Shown: positions 12,001 through 19,760, numbered from the stretch's first letter. The stretch is DNA of 57,238 nucleotides from an uncultured virus (IMG/VR IMGVR_UViG_3300025070_000012) (IMGVR_UViG_3300025070_000012:62001-119238), one strand, 5' to 3'. Notes: generated by a model not told the origin, from the letters alone. Program-made: numbers and translations.

Positions 12001-12865
12001 GAACAGTACTGCATACTATGTGAACCCTGCGTCTGATACATCAATGAGACTCAACGGTGGTATTCACTTTGGTGCAACTAACGCAGAATCACGTGGTGGT
12101 TTCATTGGTCGTCACGGTTCTAACTCTGGTGGTCTAAACACAGATAGATATCCATCGCCTGGTTACTCTATTGGTTACAACTATCGCCCATCTGGTACAG
12201 GTTTGTCAAACCACTATGGTTATGGTTACGCACATACTAACTCACCATTCTTTAGTTTGTCTGGTCAGTCTGGTTGGGGTTTCTATGTTTCTGCAGACGG
12301 TGACGCTCGTGTTCAGTTGTCTGGTTCAAACGGTGCAGTCTCTGCGACTGGTAACATTGTTGCATATGCATCTGATGGCCGTTTGAAAGAAAACGTAACA
12401 CCTATCACTGCAGCACTCGAAAAACTACATAAGATTCGTGGTGTTGAGTACGACTGGGTAGAAAACATTAAAGAGGAGTATGACTTCCACCCGACTAAGA
12501 TGCACGAAGTTGGTGTTATCGCACAAGAGGTTGAAGAAGTACTTCCAGAAGTAGTCAACGAAGCACCTTTCAATGCCAATTACAATATGCAGAAAGCACG
12601 TATTGCATATAAAGAGTTCCTTGAGGAACGTGATGATAAAGAATGGGATAAGAAAGAGGCTAAAGAAGAGTTCGAAAAACTTACGTTTGATGAACAAAGA
12701 GAACTGGCTGCGGTACATGATCAACAGTACCTCACAGTCGATTATGAACGAATCACTTCACTACTGATCGAAGCGGTCAAAGAAGTTGATAATAAATATA
12801 AGGAAGAAGTCTCTTCTTTGCGTAATGAGATCGCAGAACTCAAAAAGTTGATTTTGAATAAATAA
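3023..12865 (+). CDS. Giant (about 3280 aa) tail fibre / adhesin with a C-terminal intramolecular chaperone (peptidase S74-like)
   Basis: C-terminal SDGRLKENV...GVIAQEVEEVLPEVV...YLTVDYERITSLLIEAVKE plus coiled coil is the chaperone signature. About 19 PxxYDxNNTxYYxxPAS-type repeats. ATG at 3023 follows GGAG. Confidence 0.85.
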   Translation: MANDKKFIVKNGLETEGDVLIGGVTDDGISKLQTEGAVKFTATFPSYPTLHVINNTGTADSPIVEFEGPSGALSIRNIDTNDFGIFNGTQAAGSGIEFHQGGAGNGELILKRAGSEVLSFSNGNTSFTGLSTTNIEGRRIITTDDQASQGGSFDAATLDGLDSTQFVRSDENDTMDGSYIITGNLTVQGVTTSINSEVVTIADNILQLNSNVTGAPTENSGIEIVRGTSDNVSLIWNETSDWWSVGTYSFESDEIRSTDGSDLSLRAASSSSANVNITAGFGSNYIGLKSVFTGSEGYGEVLYGNDAKLQAVTDGILIGENLDVNGDITVGDNSNAAQINFDGVGINRTIYSNNGEIGFLKGNLNYGAYLNTNEDWIVAGNNEVQGNIVSEGDITAKDDIFADGDITSNNNITATNGNITASAGAVTAQTSVTAITGNVTAAAGNVTAGNDVTAANDVTALAGDVTAGQDVIATRDITAGRNAAITGDLTANNAYITNDLTADDIISQTINANSAIIGDITANNITADQDIRSGRFVDNDDDTYYFDGDKTTVANTIGIDTELFHNGDTDTKLRFETDQVDFYAGSNTPKLRVENTKVTSVEIHAPLYYDSDDTNYYLNPAASSVLSNIYIDDYILHNGDADTYFGFSADDQFRVTTGNNLGFLVTNSVVRAYNEMRAPSFKGELGGTTNFLDFESNTSGAASLAVSGVIQVGNTSDYDRMDDTTGTGGVTINPAGGIQVAQSGVTGTEANKPSLGLNRISMGFNPFAASNRFITFAATATNGQHVAGDSAGNLNFIPDQDTTAIKFWNSSADNVFTINHGGDVVVGGETASYASSDATASVGAINANKLHVQGSIQLNRDDDAIVLGRSTSGFLKNNELKFGLGGGFYQAAAATITVHGGKDLATTGDMYAGRFYDDDDNNYYIDAAGDSQLNTIDIDDSIRHRGDLTTLIGFPNADQFEVKTNNVQRLLVENSKATFSIPVYAPRYYDSQNNSYYVDPASTSIMNRIDLDDFIRHNGDTNTYFGFSAADTFRIFTGGSQRVNVDNNSVDFSVNDTGTNAYRNIYYDNNDTAFYIDGNSESRLNTLRLRKTGDPANDFNALWIDNGTGATGDIDTPESWVNFQFEDSNANFKPQVRIGATTGYNDGTSSDTQDKEGSGNFIVQTAEGTGGAGAGALATTFYVNYRGDAYAKRSMRSPIFYDQDNDSFFGNFASESRMATIKLDDGVVLRSPNGTYGSFAIDGQARGGWEGFSIGDRSVFMHDNANRTGLFNDVDDQWFLYADRQNSLRFMYNGVEQARTENGYFLANNQMHSPIYYDSNNTSFYLDPASTSITNTMRANRYQVEGSTYYIDVASGDYGSIRVEGAKNGWAGYAIRDDWVFMANGPSEAGIYNDTNNEWAIKFFQNNRAEIMYNGGIQARTQSNHFDMINQARAPIYYDRNNTGYYGDFASHSRMNSVSFGNQGAIANSTYAMSAYHNNRYLLGLRYSGANSDYPWIVHDNWNGYDGTNRSSFIIHFNGVADRFHFDSQGNFKAAKSVTAPEINLNGGNGNLNLSPAYGSGVADSVLFDATEYFDKRVINPLAPNENSLTTTTSEFVRATTGPFAGSYVLQTSANRDFYTAYMPVEPGEELYGEMSVRRISGSGGVVYYGIERYDQNLSPIASNSGTTYFVVSGANQTSTSWQTYRGYTTIPSNCYYVRIRVLMNYSSGGALRQYAGIMLKRSNYHGRLRGDDIIVSGDVTADRYYDNNNTAFYLDPASTSILNDVRGSIFYDRDNTSYYVNPASTSRIANIDIAPTLSNGQARIRSIMSGGYPALEFSDSAPGNSSGDQHFVWGANDVNVGRMELRFRGGTAFGSAWYNEGTVLASFIGDNNAVEFPQSAGVRTPILYDYNNTSYYVDPASTSRMVHMRLSSGDSYLKIGSNAATQTTRDTNRPQIEIGANNAYPHFTLSSWGTNTTHGGVMSFRSRLNSSNNVRRWNIGTANYQANSIQIGYFDNQENPHYGVGVNGWTYDSYSRFVIYTGYSEARGSMRAPIFYDVNNTGYYGDFASTSRMNAINYNNIYAISGGVAHFYTSSGSLRGYIQATESNDAHLKIATSGGEDIQFLDGGLGGQWNMIIRGDGDVLTNRNHYAQIFYDRNNSGYYLNPNGTSRLGTVRVDRIDMADRGDFITFYGDDSTYHSISSRDNGGGVTDDLRFNSYHDIFFNLDSNNNNSSGTTGFYVGQHGAATGSIAGWYFQAMADGNSYASSSFRAPIFYDRNNTGYYADPASTSRFNTLRTNRLYTGYDSSTDDYLDYPTSDYGSVQVNGGGKNGWEGYNIAGRYNFMSADNNQVGIYNDIDNEWMWYGERNGRTYFYYNGRWEARTDSGYFRAERQMRAPIYYDLNNTGYYGDFAGTSVFNTVNFNGKAFFKARQNDSAGSHSSYDVTGTDYLNNVAAEFWSGNDAPVTIYFRSGVNAPSDHGYITFDPDFNNTGENAAMVIGVDNDGTGSSDYIRLQGRVELHSNLSSSDNSEMQGWWYQTTKYARLNTDYFDHISDIRSPIFYDRNNTGYYADPASTSRFNTLRTNRLYFAYDNDTDVYFDYPTGNYGSVQVNGSGRGDWEGYSIRGEYVFMSADSGQVGIYNDVDNEWMLYANRNSHLYQYYNGRWETRTENGWFRVERSSRSPIFYDLNNTGYYFNGASTSRSNYHRLNNAYDSQERRFFAPDGGTYTTSSSSVNGACTIYLPTNRRGGNTMLHFTVNIYEYNTGRMTQFRIGGYAYSSGRWTNVSATQISDSDDAPYIVRFCDDGSRHMVCIGSTGDNWTYPQVQVVDVHTGYSSFSTNWGSGWSVGFRTTNYGTQRTTRTASYMLGTNNRTNWNTDLRATIFYDRNNTAYYVDPASTSRLANITANFIQWDNGFDIYDDDADTISLRSNNSDHGELIFRDSNSTACGRIYWDDDGQHFGLKHANNEWAVYMYENSYTYLYYNGRWEARADSGYWRAERSSRAPLFYDLNSTAYYVNPASDTSMRLNGGIHFGATNAESRGGFIGRHGSNSGGLNTDRYPSPGYSIGYNYRPSGTGLSNHYGYGYAHTNSPFFSLSGQSGWGFYVSADGDARVQLSGSNGAVSATGNIVAYASDGRLKENVTPITAALEKLHKIRGVEYDWVENIKEEYDFHPTKMHEVGVIAQEVEEVLPEVVNEAPFNANYNMQKARIAYKEFLEERDDKEWDKKEAKEEFEKLTFDEQRELAAVHDQQYLTVDYERITSLLIEAVKEVDNKYKEEVSSLRNEIAELKKLILNK
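4620..12040 (+). repeat. About 19 dispersed copies of a PIFYDRNNTGYYxDPASTSR-like linker in the giant fibre
   Basis: Read directly from the translation, e.g. at about 4838, 5978, 6962, 7325, 8678, 9122, 9782, 10157, 10643, 11018, 11615 and 11984. Confidence 0.9.
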
Positions 12866-12900
12866 AACAAGATATTTTAATTTAAATCGGAGAAAAAATT

Positions 12901-13326
12901 ATGTCACTTACATATGCATGGACAATCAACAGTCTTAAACTTAAAGACGAAACTAACCACGAGGGTGCAACACTCAATCGTGCCGTATACCAAACACATT
13001 GGACTATCACAGGTACTAACTCTGCAGGTCAGAGTGGATCTTGGGCTGGTGCAACACCTCTTTCTGCAGCAAACGTACCTGCAGGGTCTTTCGTCGCATT
13101 CGACGACTTGACTGAGGATACAGTCATCGGGTGGATCAGAAACATTGTAGAAAATGATGAAGCTTACATGGAGCACATCACTGAACGTCTCACACTCGAC
13201 ATCGAAGAAAAGTTCGGTACTACAGAAGAGATTGAAGAGAAAGCACTACCTTGGGCAGCTCCAGCGGATGCAGAAGCAGAAGCAGAAGCACCTGCAGACG
13301 ATTCTGCTGACGATGGCGAAGAATAA
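12901..13326 (+). CDS. Phage protein, probable tail-fibre-associated / assembly factor
   Basis: Directly after the fibre gene, GGAG RBS. WTI...GATL...FVAFDDLTEDTVIGWI...LPW pattern; paralogous to the next gene. Confidence 0.6.
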   Translation: MSLTYAWTINSLKLKDETNHEGATLNRAVYQTHWTITGTNSAGQSGSWAGATPLSAANVPAGSFVAFDDLTEDTVIGWIRNIVENDEAYMEHITERLTLDIEEKFGTTEEIEEKALPWAAPADAEAEAEAPADDSADDGEE

Positions 13327-13337
13327 GGTAGAATGTC

Positions 13338-13670
13338 ATGAACTTTACTTGGGAAATTGTGAGTATGGAAACGAAGGATCAAACCAACAGTGATGGTGCG
13401 ACTCTTCAGAATGCCGTTGTTCGTGCCGTTTGGAAACGAATTGGTACTGATACGGATGGCGTAACTCACAATTTCTTGGGTAACACATGGTTTACTGCAG
13501 AGGAAGTTGAAGAAGGAGATTTTGTTAACTTCTTTGATCTTACACAGGAAACTGTTGTGGGATGGTTGGAAAACAAACTAACTGCAGGCGAGATCGCTAA
13601 GATCGATGATATAATTATAAGAAGAGTTGATAAGAAAAACTCTATTGTAAGAACGCCACCTTGGTCTTGA
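13338..13670 (+). CDS. Paralog of the preceding fibre-associated protein
   Basis: Shares WEI...DGATL...FVNFFDLTQETVVGWL...PPW with 12901..13326. Confidence 0.6.
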   Translation: MNFTWEIVSMETKDQTNSDGATLQNAVVRAVWKRIGTDTDGVTHNFLGNTWFTAEEVEEGDFVNFFDLTQETVVGWLENKLTAGEIAKIDDIIIRRVDKKNSIVRTPPWS

Positions 13671-13695
13671 CAAACCTATTTTAATCTGTTATAAT
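13667..13695 (+). promoter_or_regulatory. Consensus sigma70-type promoter
   Basis: TTGACA (13667-13672), 17 bp spacer, TATAAT (13690-13695); GGAGGT RBS downstream. Confidence 0.8.
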
Positions 13696-13728
13696 TCAAT
13701 TTGATGAAACTTTAATAATGGAGGTGTC

Positions 13729-14766
13729 ATGCACGACATGCATCTGTATGGGCTTGCAACTTTTGCCTTGAAAAGAGGTGGGAAGTTACACCCAATTACA
13801 CTCCCCAAAGAACTGACGGGCGAAACAGGGATTATGAATCCCTCTCTCTATCTACACGATGGAAGATTGTTGATGAACATTCGTCACGTCAACTATACCC
13901 TGTATCATAGTGAAGGAAAGAAGTTCCCTCACCAGTTTGGGCCTCTCGCTTATATCCATCCAGAAACTGATGTCACGCTTACCACATATAATGTTATGTG
14001 TGAACTGGACAATGACTGTAATGTTATTTCTGCAGGTAGAATTGATACCTCAGAATTGGACACAGATCCTACTTGGAACTTTATCGGACTTGAAGATGGT
14101 AGACTATTCTCATGGGATAATAGAATCTTCTTGTGTGGAGTAAGACGTGATTGTTATGATTCAAACGGCAAAGGTCGTATGGAGATGCAAGAGATAGTAC
14201 AGGATGAATGGGGTAACTGGAAAGAGATTGCACGACACCCAATTCCCGCTCCCCCACCTAATGAAACTTATTGTGAAAAGAACTGGGTTCCTGTTCTTGA
14301 CATGCCTTATCACTTTGTTAAATGGACAAACCCTACAGAAGTAATCAAGTTTAATATTGATGAGGGTACTACTGAAACTGCAGTTTTAGATGAGAACAGT
14401 AAGATCCCAATGCCTAGAGATGTTCGAGGTGGGACGCAAGTCCTTCGATTGTCTGAAGATAGACGTATTACAATATCACATGAAGTAGATCTTGGCAAGG
14501 ATGTTTTTGGAAGAAAAGATGGACACTATGTACATCGGGCGATTGTTTGGGATAACGATTGGAATATTGTTCACCACACACAAGAATTTCATTTCATGGG
14601 CACTCAGACAGATCCAGTGACAGGAAATAGTTTTCATATTGAATTCGCCACTGGAATGGTTTTTCATAATAATAAAGTATACATATCTTATGGGTTGCAA
14701 GACAACGCATGTTTTGTTCTTGAATTACCTGCAGAGGTCTTTCATGAGTTTTTGATGAGAGGGTGA
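13729..14766 (+). CDS. Putative beta-propeller glycosidase/glycosyltransferase-associated protein (GH130/GH43-clan-like)
   Basis: Motifs NPSL, GLEDGRLF, EKNWVP, RGGT and IEFATGM resemble five-bladed propeller carbohydrate enzymes. Confidence 0.5.
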   Translation: MHDMHLYGLATFALKRGGKLHPITLPKELTGETGIMNPSLYLHDGRLLMNIRHVNYTLYHSEGKKFPHQFGPLAYIHPETDVTLTTYNVMCELDNDCNVISAGRIDTSELDTDPTWNFIGLEDGRLFSWDNRIFLCGVRRDCYDSNGKGRMEMQEIVQDEWGNWKEIARHPIPAPPPNETYCEKNWVPVLDMPYHFVKWTNPTEVIKFNIDEGTTETAVLDENSKIPMPRDVRGGTQVLRLSEDRRITISHEVDLGKDVFGRKDGHYVHRAIVWDNDWNIVHHTQEFHFMGTQTDPVTGNSFHIEFATGMVFHNNKVYISYGLQDNACFVLELPAEVFHEFLMRG

Positions 14767-15998
14767 TAATGGATCTACAACAACTATTAAATGAACACGT
14801 ATTTGATCCAAAGAATACGCAGAAGATGTATGAACTCGCATGTGAGTATGATAGACTAGAACAGGGCGCTGCCGCTGTGTCATTCTACATTCGTGCGGCA
14901 GATCTTGAAGAAAAAGATAAACTACTCCAGTACAGGTGTATGATTGGTGCAGCTCTATGTTATCAAAGACAGGGTGGACGTAATCACACAGTAACTGGTC
15001 TTTTACAACATGCTATTGCACTTCAACCTGCCAGACCAGAAGGACATTTCTTTCTCGCCAAACATGGAGAGAATATGAGTGACTGGAGAGTTGTTCTTGT
15101 ACACGCAAACTTAGCGTTACAGTTTAGAAACGCACCAGACGTTGGTATTGACTGGCCAGGCGACAGAGAGTTGTGGTATCTTCAGGCACATGCAACTTGG
15201 CAGATTTCTGGTGTGGAGAGTGGTCGTCGATTGTTCTTCGACTTGATATATAGAAAAAGATATAAGAAAGATGATACTTACGACGAGTTTAAAGAATACA
15301 TTCTTCAAGTCCTAGAAAAGATTGGTTGGCCAGATGCAGTCCCATATCAACTAGGAGATCAAAAGAGATTTGCAGCTCCGTTTAATGGAATCGAATCTAT
15401 TGAAGAGAACTACTCTAAACACATGCAAGACATGTTTGTTCTCGCTTGTTTAGATGGTAAACGTAATGGTACATATCTTGAAATTGGATCTGGTAATCCT
15501 TTTACTCACAATAACACTGCACTACTTGAAACTAAGTTCGACTGGAAAGGCATATCTATAGAATGGTCTGCACATCTTGCATATGATTTTGCACAACGCA
15601 GAAACAACACTATTATCAATGCAAACGCTTTGGAAATTGACTTTGAGGATCTACTCGTAAAACATTGTATGGAAAGTACCATTGACTTTCTTCAGATAGA
15701 TACTGATGAAACTTCTATACAAGTTCTAAGGAACATGCCGTTTGGAAGATTTAAATTTAATGTCGTTCAGTTCGAACATGATGCTTACAGACTTGATCCC
15801 GCCATTCGTGCAGAAGCAAGACAGATAATGCATGATAATGGTTATGAGATTGTTTGTCAAAACCTTTGTTTCAGGCCAGGCGTTCCTTACGAGGATTGGT
15901 TTGTTCATAAGTCTATTGCAAACAAAATTCCACAGAGACTTTTCTCTGCATCAGAAAGTAACTTCTTTTGGGAATATCTCGTCAACAGAGAGGAGTAA
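14763..15998 (+). CDS. TPR-like N-terminus fused to an FkbM-family SAM methyltransferase
   Basis: Helical repeats ending in LQHAIALQPARPEGHFFLA. C-terminal QDMFVL...GTYLEIGSG...NNTALLE...WKGISIE...IDFLQID...FEHD...EDWFV is the FkbM pattern. Confidence 0.75.
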   Translation: MIMDLQQLLNEHVFDPKNTQKMYELACEYDRLEQGAAAVSFYIRAADLEEKDKLLQYRCMIGAALCYQRQGGRNHTVTGLLQHAIALQPARPEGHFFLAKHGENMSDWRVVLVHANLALQFRNAPDVGIDWPGDRELWYLQAHATWQISGVESGRRLFFDLIYRKRYKKDDTYDEFKEYILQVLEKIGWPDAVPYQLGDQKRFAAPFNGIESIEENYSKHMQDMFVLACLDGKRNGTYLEIGSGNPFTHNNTALLETKFDWKGISIEWSAHLAYDFAQRRNNTIINANALEIDFEDLLVKHCMESTIDFLQIDTDETSIQVLRNMPFGRFKFNVVQFEHDAYRLDPAIRAEARQIMHDNGYEIVCQNLCFRPGVPYEDWFVHKSIANKIPQRLFSASESNFFWEYLVNREE

Positions 15999-16774
15999 TG
16001 AATTTGAAAGTTGTTTTGGTATCGGGTGGATTTGATCCCCTACACTCTGGACATATTGAATACTTTAAAAAAGCACGTGCACTTGGTGATCATCTAATTG
16101 TAGGTATCAACAGTGATGCATGGTTGGAGAGAAAGAAGGGGCGTTCCTTCATGCCTGTCCAAGAACGTGCATCCATTGTTAAAGAATTATCATGTGTAGA
16201 TAATATCTGTATCTTTACGGATGAGTATGATGCAGACGGTAGTTGTAAAAAGTTCGTGGAGGACATGTGTGAGGAATATAAGACAGATGATGTCATATTT
16301 GCGAATGGTGGAGATAGAACTTCGGGTAACATACCTGAGATGGAAGTTGAAGCTTCTAATCTATCTTTCCAATTCGGAGTTGGTGGCGAAGATAAAAAGA
16401 ACTCTTCGTCTTGGATCTTAAAAGAATGGAAGAACCCAAGAGTAAATCGTAAGTGGGGAACTTATACTGTTCTTGATACAAACGGTTACTGGAGAGTTAA
16501 AGAACTTTCAATTGATGTAGGTAAGTCTCTATCAGATCAACGTCACTTCATTCGTTCAGAACACTGGCACATTGTTAGTGGTGAACTTAAAATGCAATTG
16601 GAGTTTGCGAACGAATACAAAACCTCAAAGATATATAAAAGAGGTGATAGTATTGACATTCCTGTTAGAACGTGGCATAAAGCAACCAATGTTGGTTTAG
16701 TTCCTGTCAAAGTTATCGAAGTATGGCAAGGAAATGAATTAAGTGAAGAGGACATAGAACGCCGTCTATTATAA
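15998..16774 (+). CDS. Cytidylyltransferase-like (HIGH) domain fused to a mannose-6-phosphate isomerase type II-like cupin
   Basis: SGGFDPLHSGH, NSDAWLERKKG, FANGGDR, KKNSSS, then RKWGTY...LSDQRHFIRSEHW...WH...VIEVWQG. ATG overlaps the upstream stop (TAATG). Confidence 0.8.
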   Translation: MNLKVVLVSGGFDPLHSGHIEYFKKARALGDHLIVGINSDAWLERKKGRSFMPVQERASIVKELSCVDNICIFTDEYDADGSCKKFVEDMCEEYKTDDVIFANGGDRTSGNIPEMEVEASNLSFQFGVGGEDKKNSSSWILKEWKNPRVNRKWGTYTVLDTNGYWRVKELSIDVGKSLSDQRHFIRSEHWHIVSGELKMQLEFANEYKTSKIYKRGDSIDIPVRTWHKATNVGLVPVKVIEVWQGNELSEEDIERRLL

Positions 16775-16777
16775 ATA
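16770..16777 (+). promoter_or_regulatory. T4-type late promoter
   Basis: TATAAATA upstream of gp13. Confidence 0.75.
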
Positions 16778-16813
16778 TCTAGAAAGCAAATAAAAGTTCA
16801 TAGGGAACGTATC

Positions 16814-17557
16814 ATGGCACAGCCAACCACAAGGCAAGAATTTGTAGAACACATCCTTCGTAAAATCGGCGCACCAGTTATCGAAGTCAATGTTTCTGAG
16901 GAACAAGTAGAAGACCGTATAGACGAAGCAGTCTCATTCTGGCGTGACTATCATTATAATGGTAGTCAACTTGTTTATCTCAAACACCAAATTACACAGG
17001 ACGATATCGACAATGGGTATTTCCCATTGCCTCAGGATATTCTGGGTATCTCTCGTGTGTTCGATTTAAAGTCTGCAATCTCTTCAGGCACTGGTATCTT
17101 TAACGTTTCCTATCAATACGTACTCAACAACCTTGAAGATATTACAGGTTATAATATCACAAACTATTACATGAGTATGCAACACCTAGACATGTTGCAA
17201 GAAGTGTTAGTTGGAAAACCACTCATTCGTTATAATAGACACGTTAATAGACTTCACATAGATATTGAGAAAGATCTCTTTGTTGTGGGTGATTACATTG
17301 TTGTTGAAGCATATGATGTAATTGATGCTGGCACATATCCAGATGTCTGGAGTGACAGATGGTTGCAGAACTATGCATCAGTACTTGTTCGTGAACAATG
17401 GGGAATGAACCTTACTAAGTTCACAAACATGCAACTTGTGGGTGGGGTTCAGTTTAACGGCGAACAGATCCTACAGGAGGCACGTGCAGAACGAGAGAAG
17501 ATGGAAGAAGAAGCAATCTCCAATCTTCAACCCCTCACATATAACTTTATTGGTTAA
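16814..17557 (+). CDS. gp13: Neck protein gp13
   Basis: ILRKIGAPVIEVNV...QWGMNLTKF...GGVQFNG; T4 synteny. Confidence 0.9.
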   Translation: MAQPTTRQEFVEHILRKIGAPVIEVNVSEEQVEDRIDEAVSFWRDYHYNGSQLVYLKHQITQDDIDNGYFPLPQDILGISRVFDLKSAISSGTGIFNVSYQYVLNNLEDITGYNITNYYMSMQHLDMLQEVLVGKPLIRYNRHVNRLHIDIEKDLFVVGDYIVVEAYDVIDAGTYPDVWSDRWLQNYASVLVREQWGMNLTKFTNMQLVGGVQFNGEQILQEARAEREKMEEEAISNLQPLTYNFIG

Positions 17558-17560
17558 GAC

Positions 17561-18268
17561 ATGGCAACGAACGCATTCTTCCGTAACTACGGACATTTCA
17601 ATGAACAGAATCTCATTGACGATCTGGTGATCGAATCTATCCGTATGTACGGTGTGGATGTTGAATTCTTGCCTCGTACTGCAGGTTCTGTCGATAATAT
17701 TTTAAATGAGGATGACACACCTCTTTACAACCGTCTGTTCAAGATGGAAATGTATGTCAAAAATGTCGAAGGTTTTGAAGGTGAAGGTGACTTCCTATCG
17801 AAGTTTGGTTTGCAGATCAGAGACCAAGTTACCTTTTCTGTGGCGGTTCGTACATTCGAACGTTATGTCACTAAAGATGAACCACAACAGAAACGCCCAT
17901 TGGAAGGGGATCTAATCTACTTCCCACTTAATGGAAAACTGTTTAAGGTCATGCATGTAGAACATGAGTCTGTATTCTACCAGATGGGATCTCTACAGAC
18001 ATATGATTTGAAATGCGAGTTGATGGAATACAGTAACGAACGTATCGAAACTGGTTATCAACACATCGACAATATAATGAAGGATATCGTTACTACAACT
18101 GGTGGTACTGCAAATGTTGCAACTCTTGAAGCACTTGCGAACACAGATCCAATTGCAGATAACTTCTTCTTCGAAAAAGATGCAGATGGTATTATCGACT
18201 TCTCAGAGATCGATCCGTTCAGTGAATTGATTTCGATACCAGATGATAATCCAGTATCTAACACATAG
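17561..18268 (+). CDS. gp14: Neck protein gp14
   Basis: EQNLIDDLVIESIRMYG, EGFEGEGDFLSKFGL, PLEGDLIYFP; synteny. Confidence 0.9.
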   Translation: MATNAFFRNYGHFNEQNLIDDLVIESIRMYGVDVEFLPRTAGSVDNILNEDDTPLYNRLFKMEMYVKNVEGFEGEGDFLSKFGLQIRDQVTFSVAVRTFERYVTKDEPQQKRPLEGDLIYFPLNGKLFKVMHVEHESVFYQMGSLQTYDLKCELMEYSNERIETGYQHIDNIMKDIVTTTGGTANVATLEALANTDPIADNFFFEKDADGIIDFSEIDPFSELISIPDDNPVSNT

Positions 18269-18276
18269 GTGACCAG

Positions 18277-19101
18277 ATGGCAATAGCAAATTATTTCTAT
18301 AATCAAACTACAAGAAAATATGTAGCCCTCTTTGGTACTTATTTTAATCAGTTAAAAATTCAGAGAACGAATAGTGCAGGTGCGCAGATCCAAGAGATGA
18401 TCGTACCAATTTCTTATGCGCCGTTCCAGAAAATTCTTGCGAGATCTACGCAAGATCCAGAATTGAATCAACCCTCAGCAATTACGTTGCCAAGAATGTC
18501 GTTCGAACTGAACAGTATGCAATACGATGGCGAACGTAAAATCAACCCAACGATGAAGATCAGAAAACAAACCATTGAAAGTGGTGCAACTGGTCGAGGC
18601 TTTGTTTACGCAGGTACTCCATACAACCTTGAATTCTCCCTATATATTATGACCAAGTATTCAGAAGATGCTGCGAAACTAATGGAACAGATTGTTCCGT
18701 TTTTCAATCCAGACTTTACGTCTACTGTAAAGATTATTGATGATATCGAACCAGTCGATATTCCTTTGATTCTAAACAGTGTGACCACAGAAGAGATTTA
18801 TGAAGGCGACTTTACAGAGAGACAGTCAGTCCTTTATACACTAGGATTTACTATGAAGGCATGGTACTTCGGGCCAGACAGAGAGAAACCAGTGATTAAG
18901 TTTGTAGATGTTAAGGTTACTCAAAACACTAGTCCAACTGCCTCTATCGACGACACTTATCAAGAAAGGTACACAACACAGCCAGGTCTAACAGCAAACG
19001 GAACTCCAACAACAGACGTTACGAATACAATCCCATATACGCAGATCGAATTCGATGACGACTGGGGAGTTATTAATGTGATAGAGGTGAACACGCCATG
19101 A
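18277..19101 (+). CDS. gp15: Tail sheath stabiliser / terminator gp15
   Basis: YFYNQTTRKYVALFGTYFN, VPISYAP, LPRMSFE, EQIVPFFNP; synteny. Confidence 0.9.
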   Translation: MAIANYFYNQTTRKYVALFGTYFNQLKIQRTNSAGAQIQEMIVPISYAPFQKILARSTQDPELNQPSAITLPRMSFELNSMQYDGERKINPTMKIRKQTIESGATGRGFVYAGTPYNLEFSLYIMTKYSEDAAKLMEQIVPFFNPDFTSTVKIIDDIEPVDIPLILNSVTTEEIYEGDFTERQSVLYTLGFTMKAWYFGPDREKPVIKFVDVKVTQNTSPTASIDDTYQERYTTQPGLTANGTPTTDVTNTIPYTQIEFDDDWGVINVIEVNTP

Positions 19102-19760
19102 TTGACGATACAATTTCATCAACATTGGGAGTACGAACACTTGCAGAAGCTCAAGCAGAGGACACTATACAACCAGATACGGATAATCGATCTACTGGAG
19201 GATTCGGATCTAATAGAAAACAGAGTCAAACTGACGAGGATAGACAAGAGGGTTCCACAGTACATGAGGAATCTGAATTGGCGTCGAATAAGGAAACAAA
19301 AGGATCGACGCAGACGCAAGACGGTATTGAGGTTACTAAAGGAGAGGTACGCTTAGAAGACCACCCACATTGTGGAACTGAAAATTGTTGTGGTGAGTGT
19401 GAAACTGCCGTAACAGTAACAGGAGACACCAATGTGGTTCTACCTGCAGAGTCAGACGAGAATCTCAAAGATATTGAACTCGCTAAACAGAATGTTCAAA
19501 ACATCATTGAGATGGGAGACGATGCAGTACAAGAAATGGTTTCAATTGCAAAACAGTCGGAATCGCCTCGTGCATTCGAGGTGGTTTCGACTCTCATGAA
19601 GACACTACTAGATGCAAACAAGGAATTTGTAGATCTTTCTTCTAAAAAGAAATTTGCAGAGGAAGAGAAGGTACATGGCCCGAAAGAGACTAATATCACA
19701 AACAATAACTTAATTGTATCTACTGCAGATCTCTTGAAAATGATCAAGGATGGTGGATAG
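19098..19760 (+). CDS. gp16: Terminase small subunit gp16 with a long N-terminal extension
   Basis: AKQSESPRAFEVVSTLMK...NNNLIVSTADLLKMIK; lies between gp15 and gp17. Confidence 0.85.
   Translation: MIDDTISSTLGVRTLAEAQAEDTIQPDTDNRSTGGFGSNRKQSQTDEDRQEGSTVHEESELASNKETKGSTQTQDGIEVTKGEVRLEDHPHCGTENCCGECETAVTVTGDTNVVLPAESDENLKDIELAKQNVQNIIEMGDDAVQEMVSIAKQSESPRAFEVVSTLMKTLLDANKEFVDLSSKKKFAEEEKVHGPKETNITNNNLIVSTADLLKMIKDGG

Noticed and set aside
3023..12865. Diversity-generating retroelement or shufflon acting on the fibre repeats
   Set aside because: No reverse transcriptase or site-specific recombinase is recognisable in the window. The repeat copies compared differ at synonymous positions of all base types, not specifically at adenines, and all are in direct orientation.
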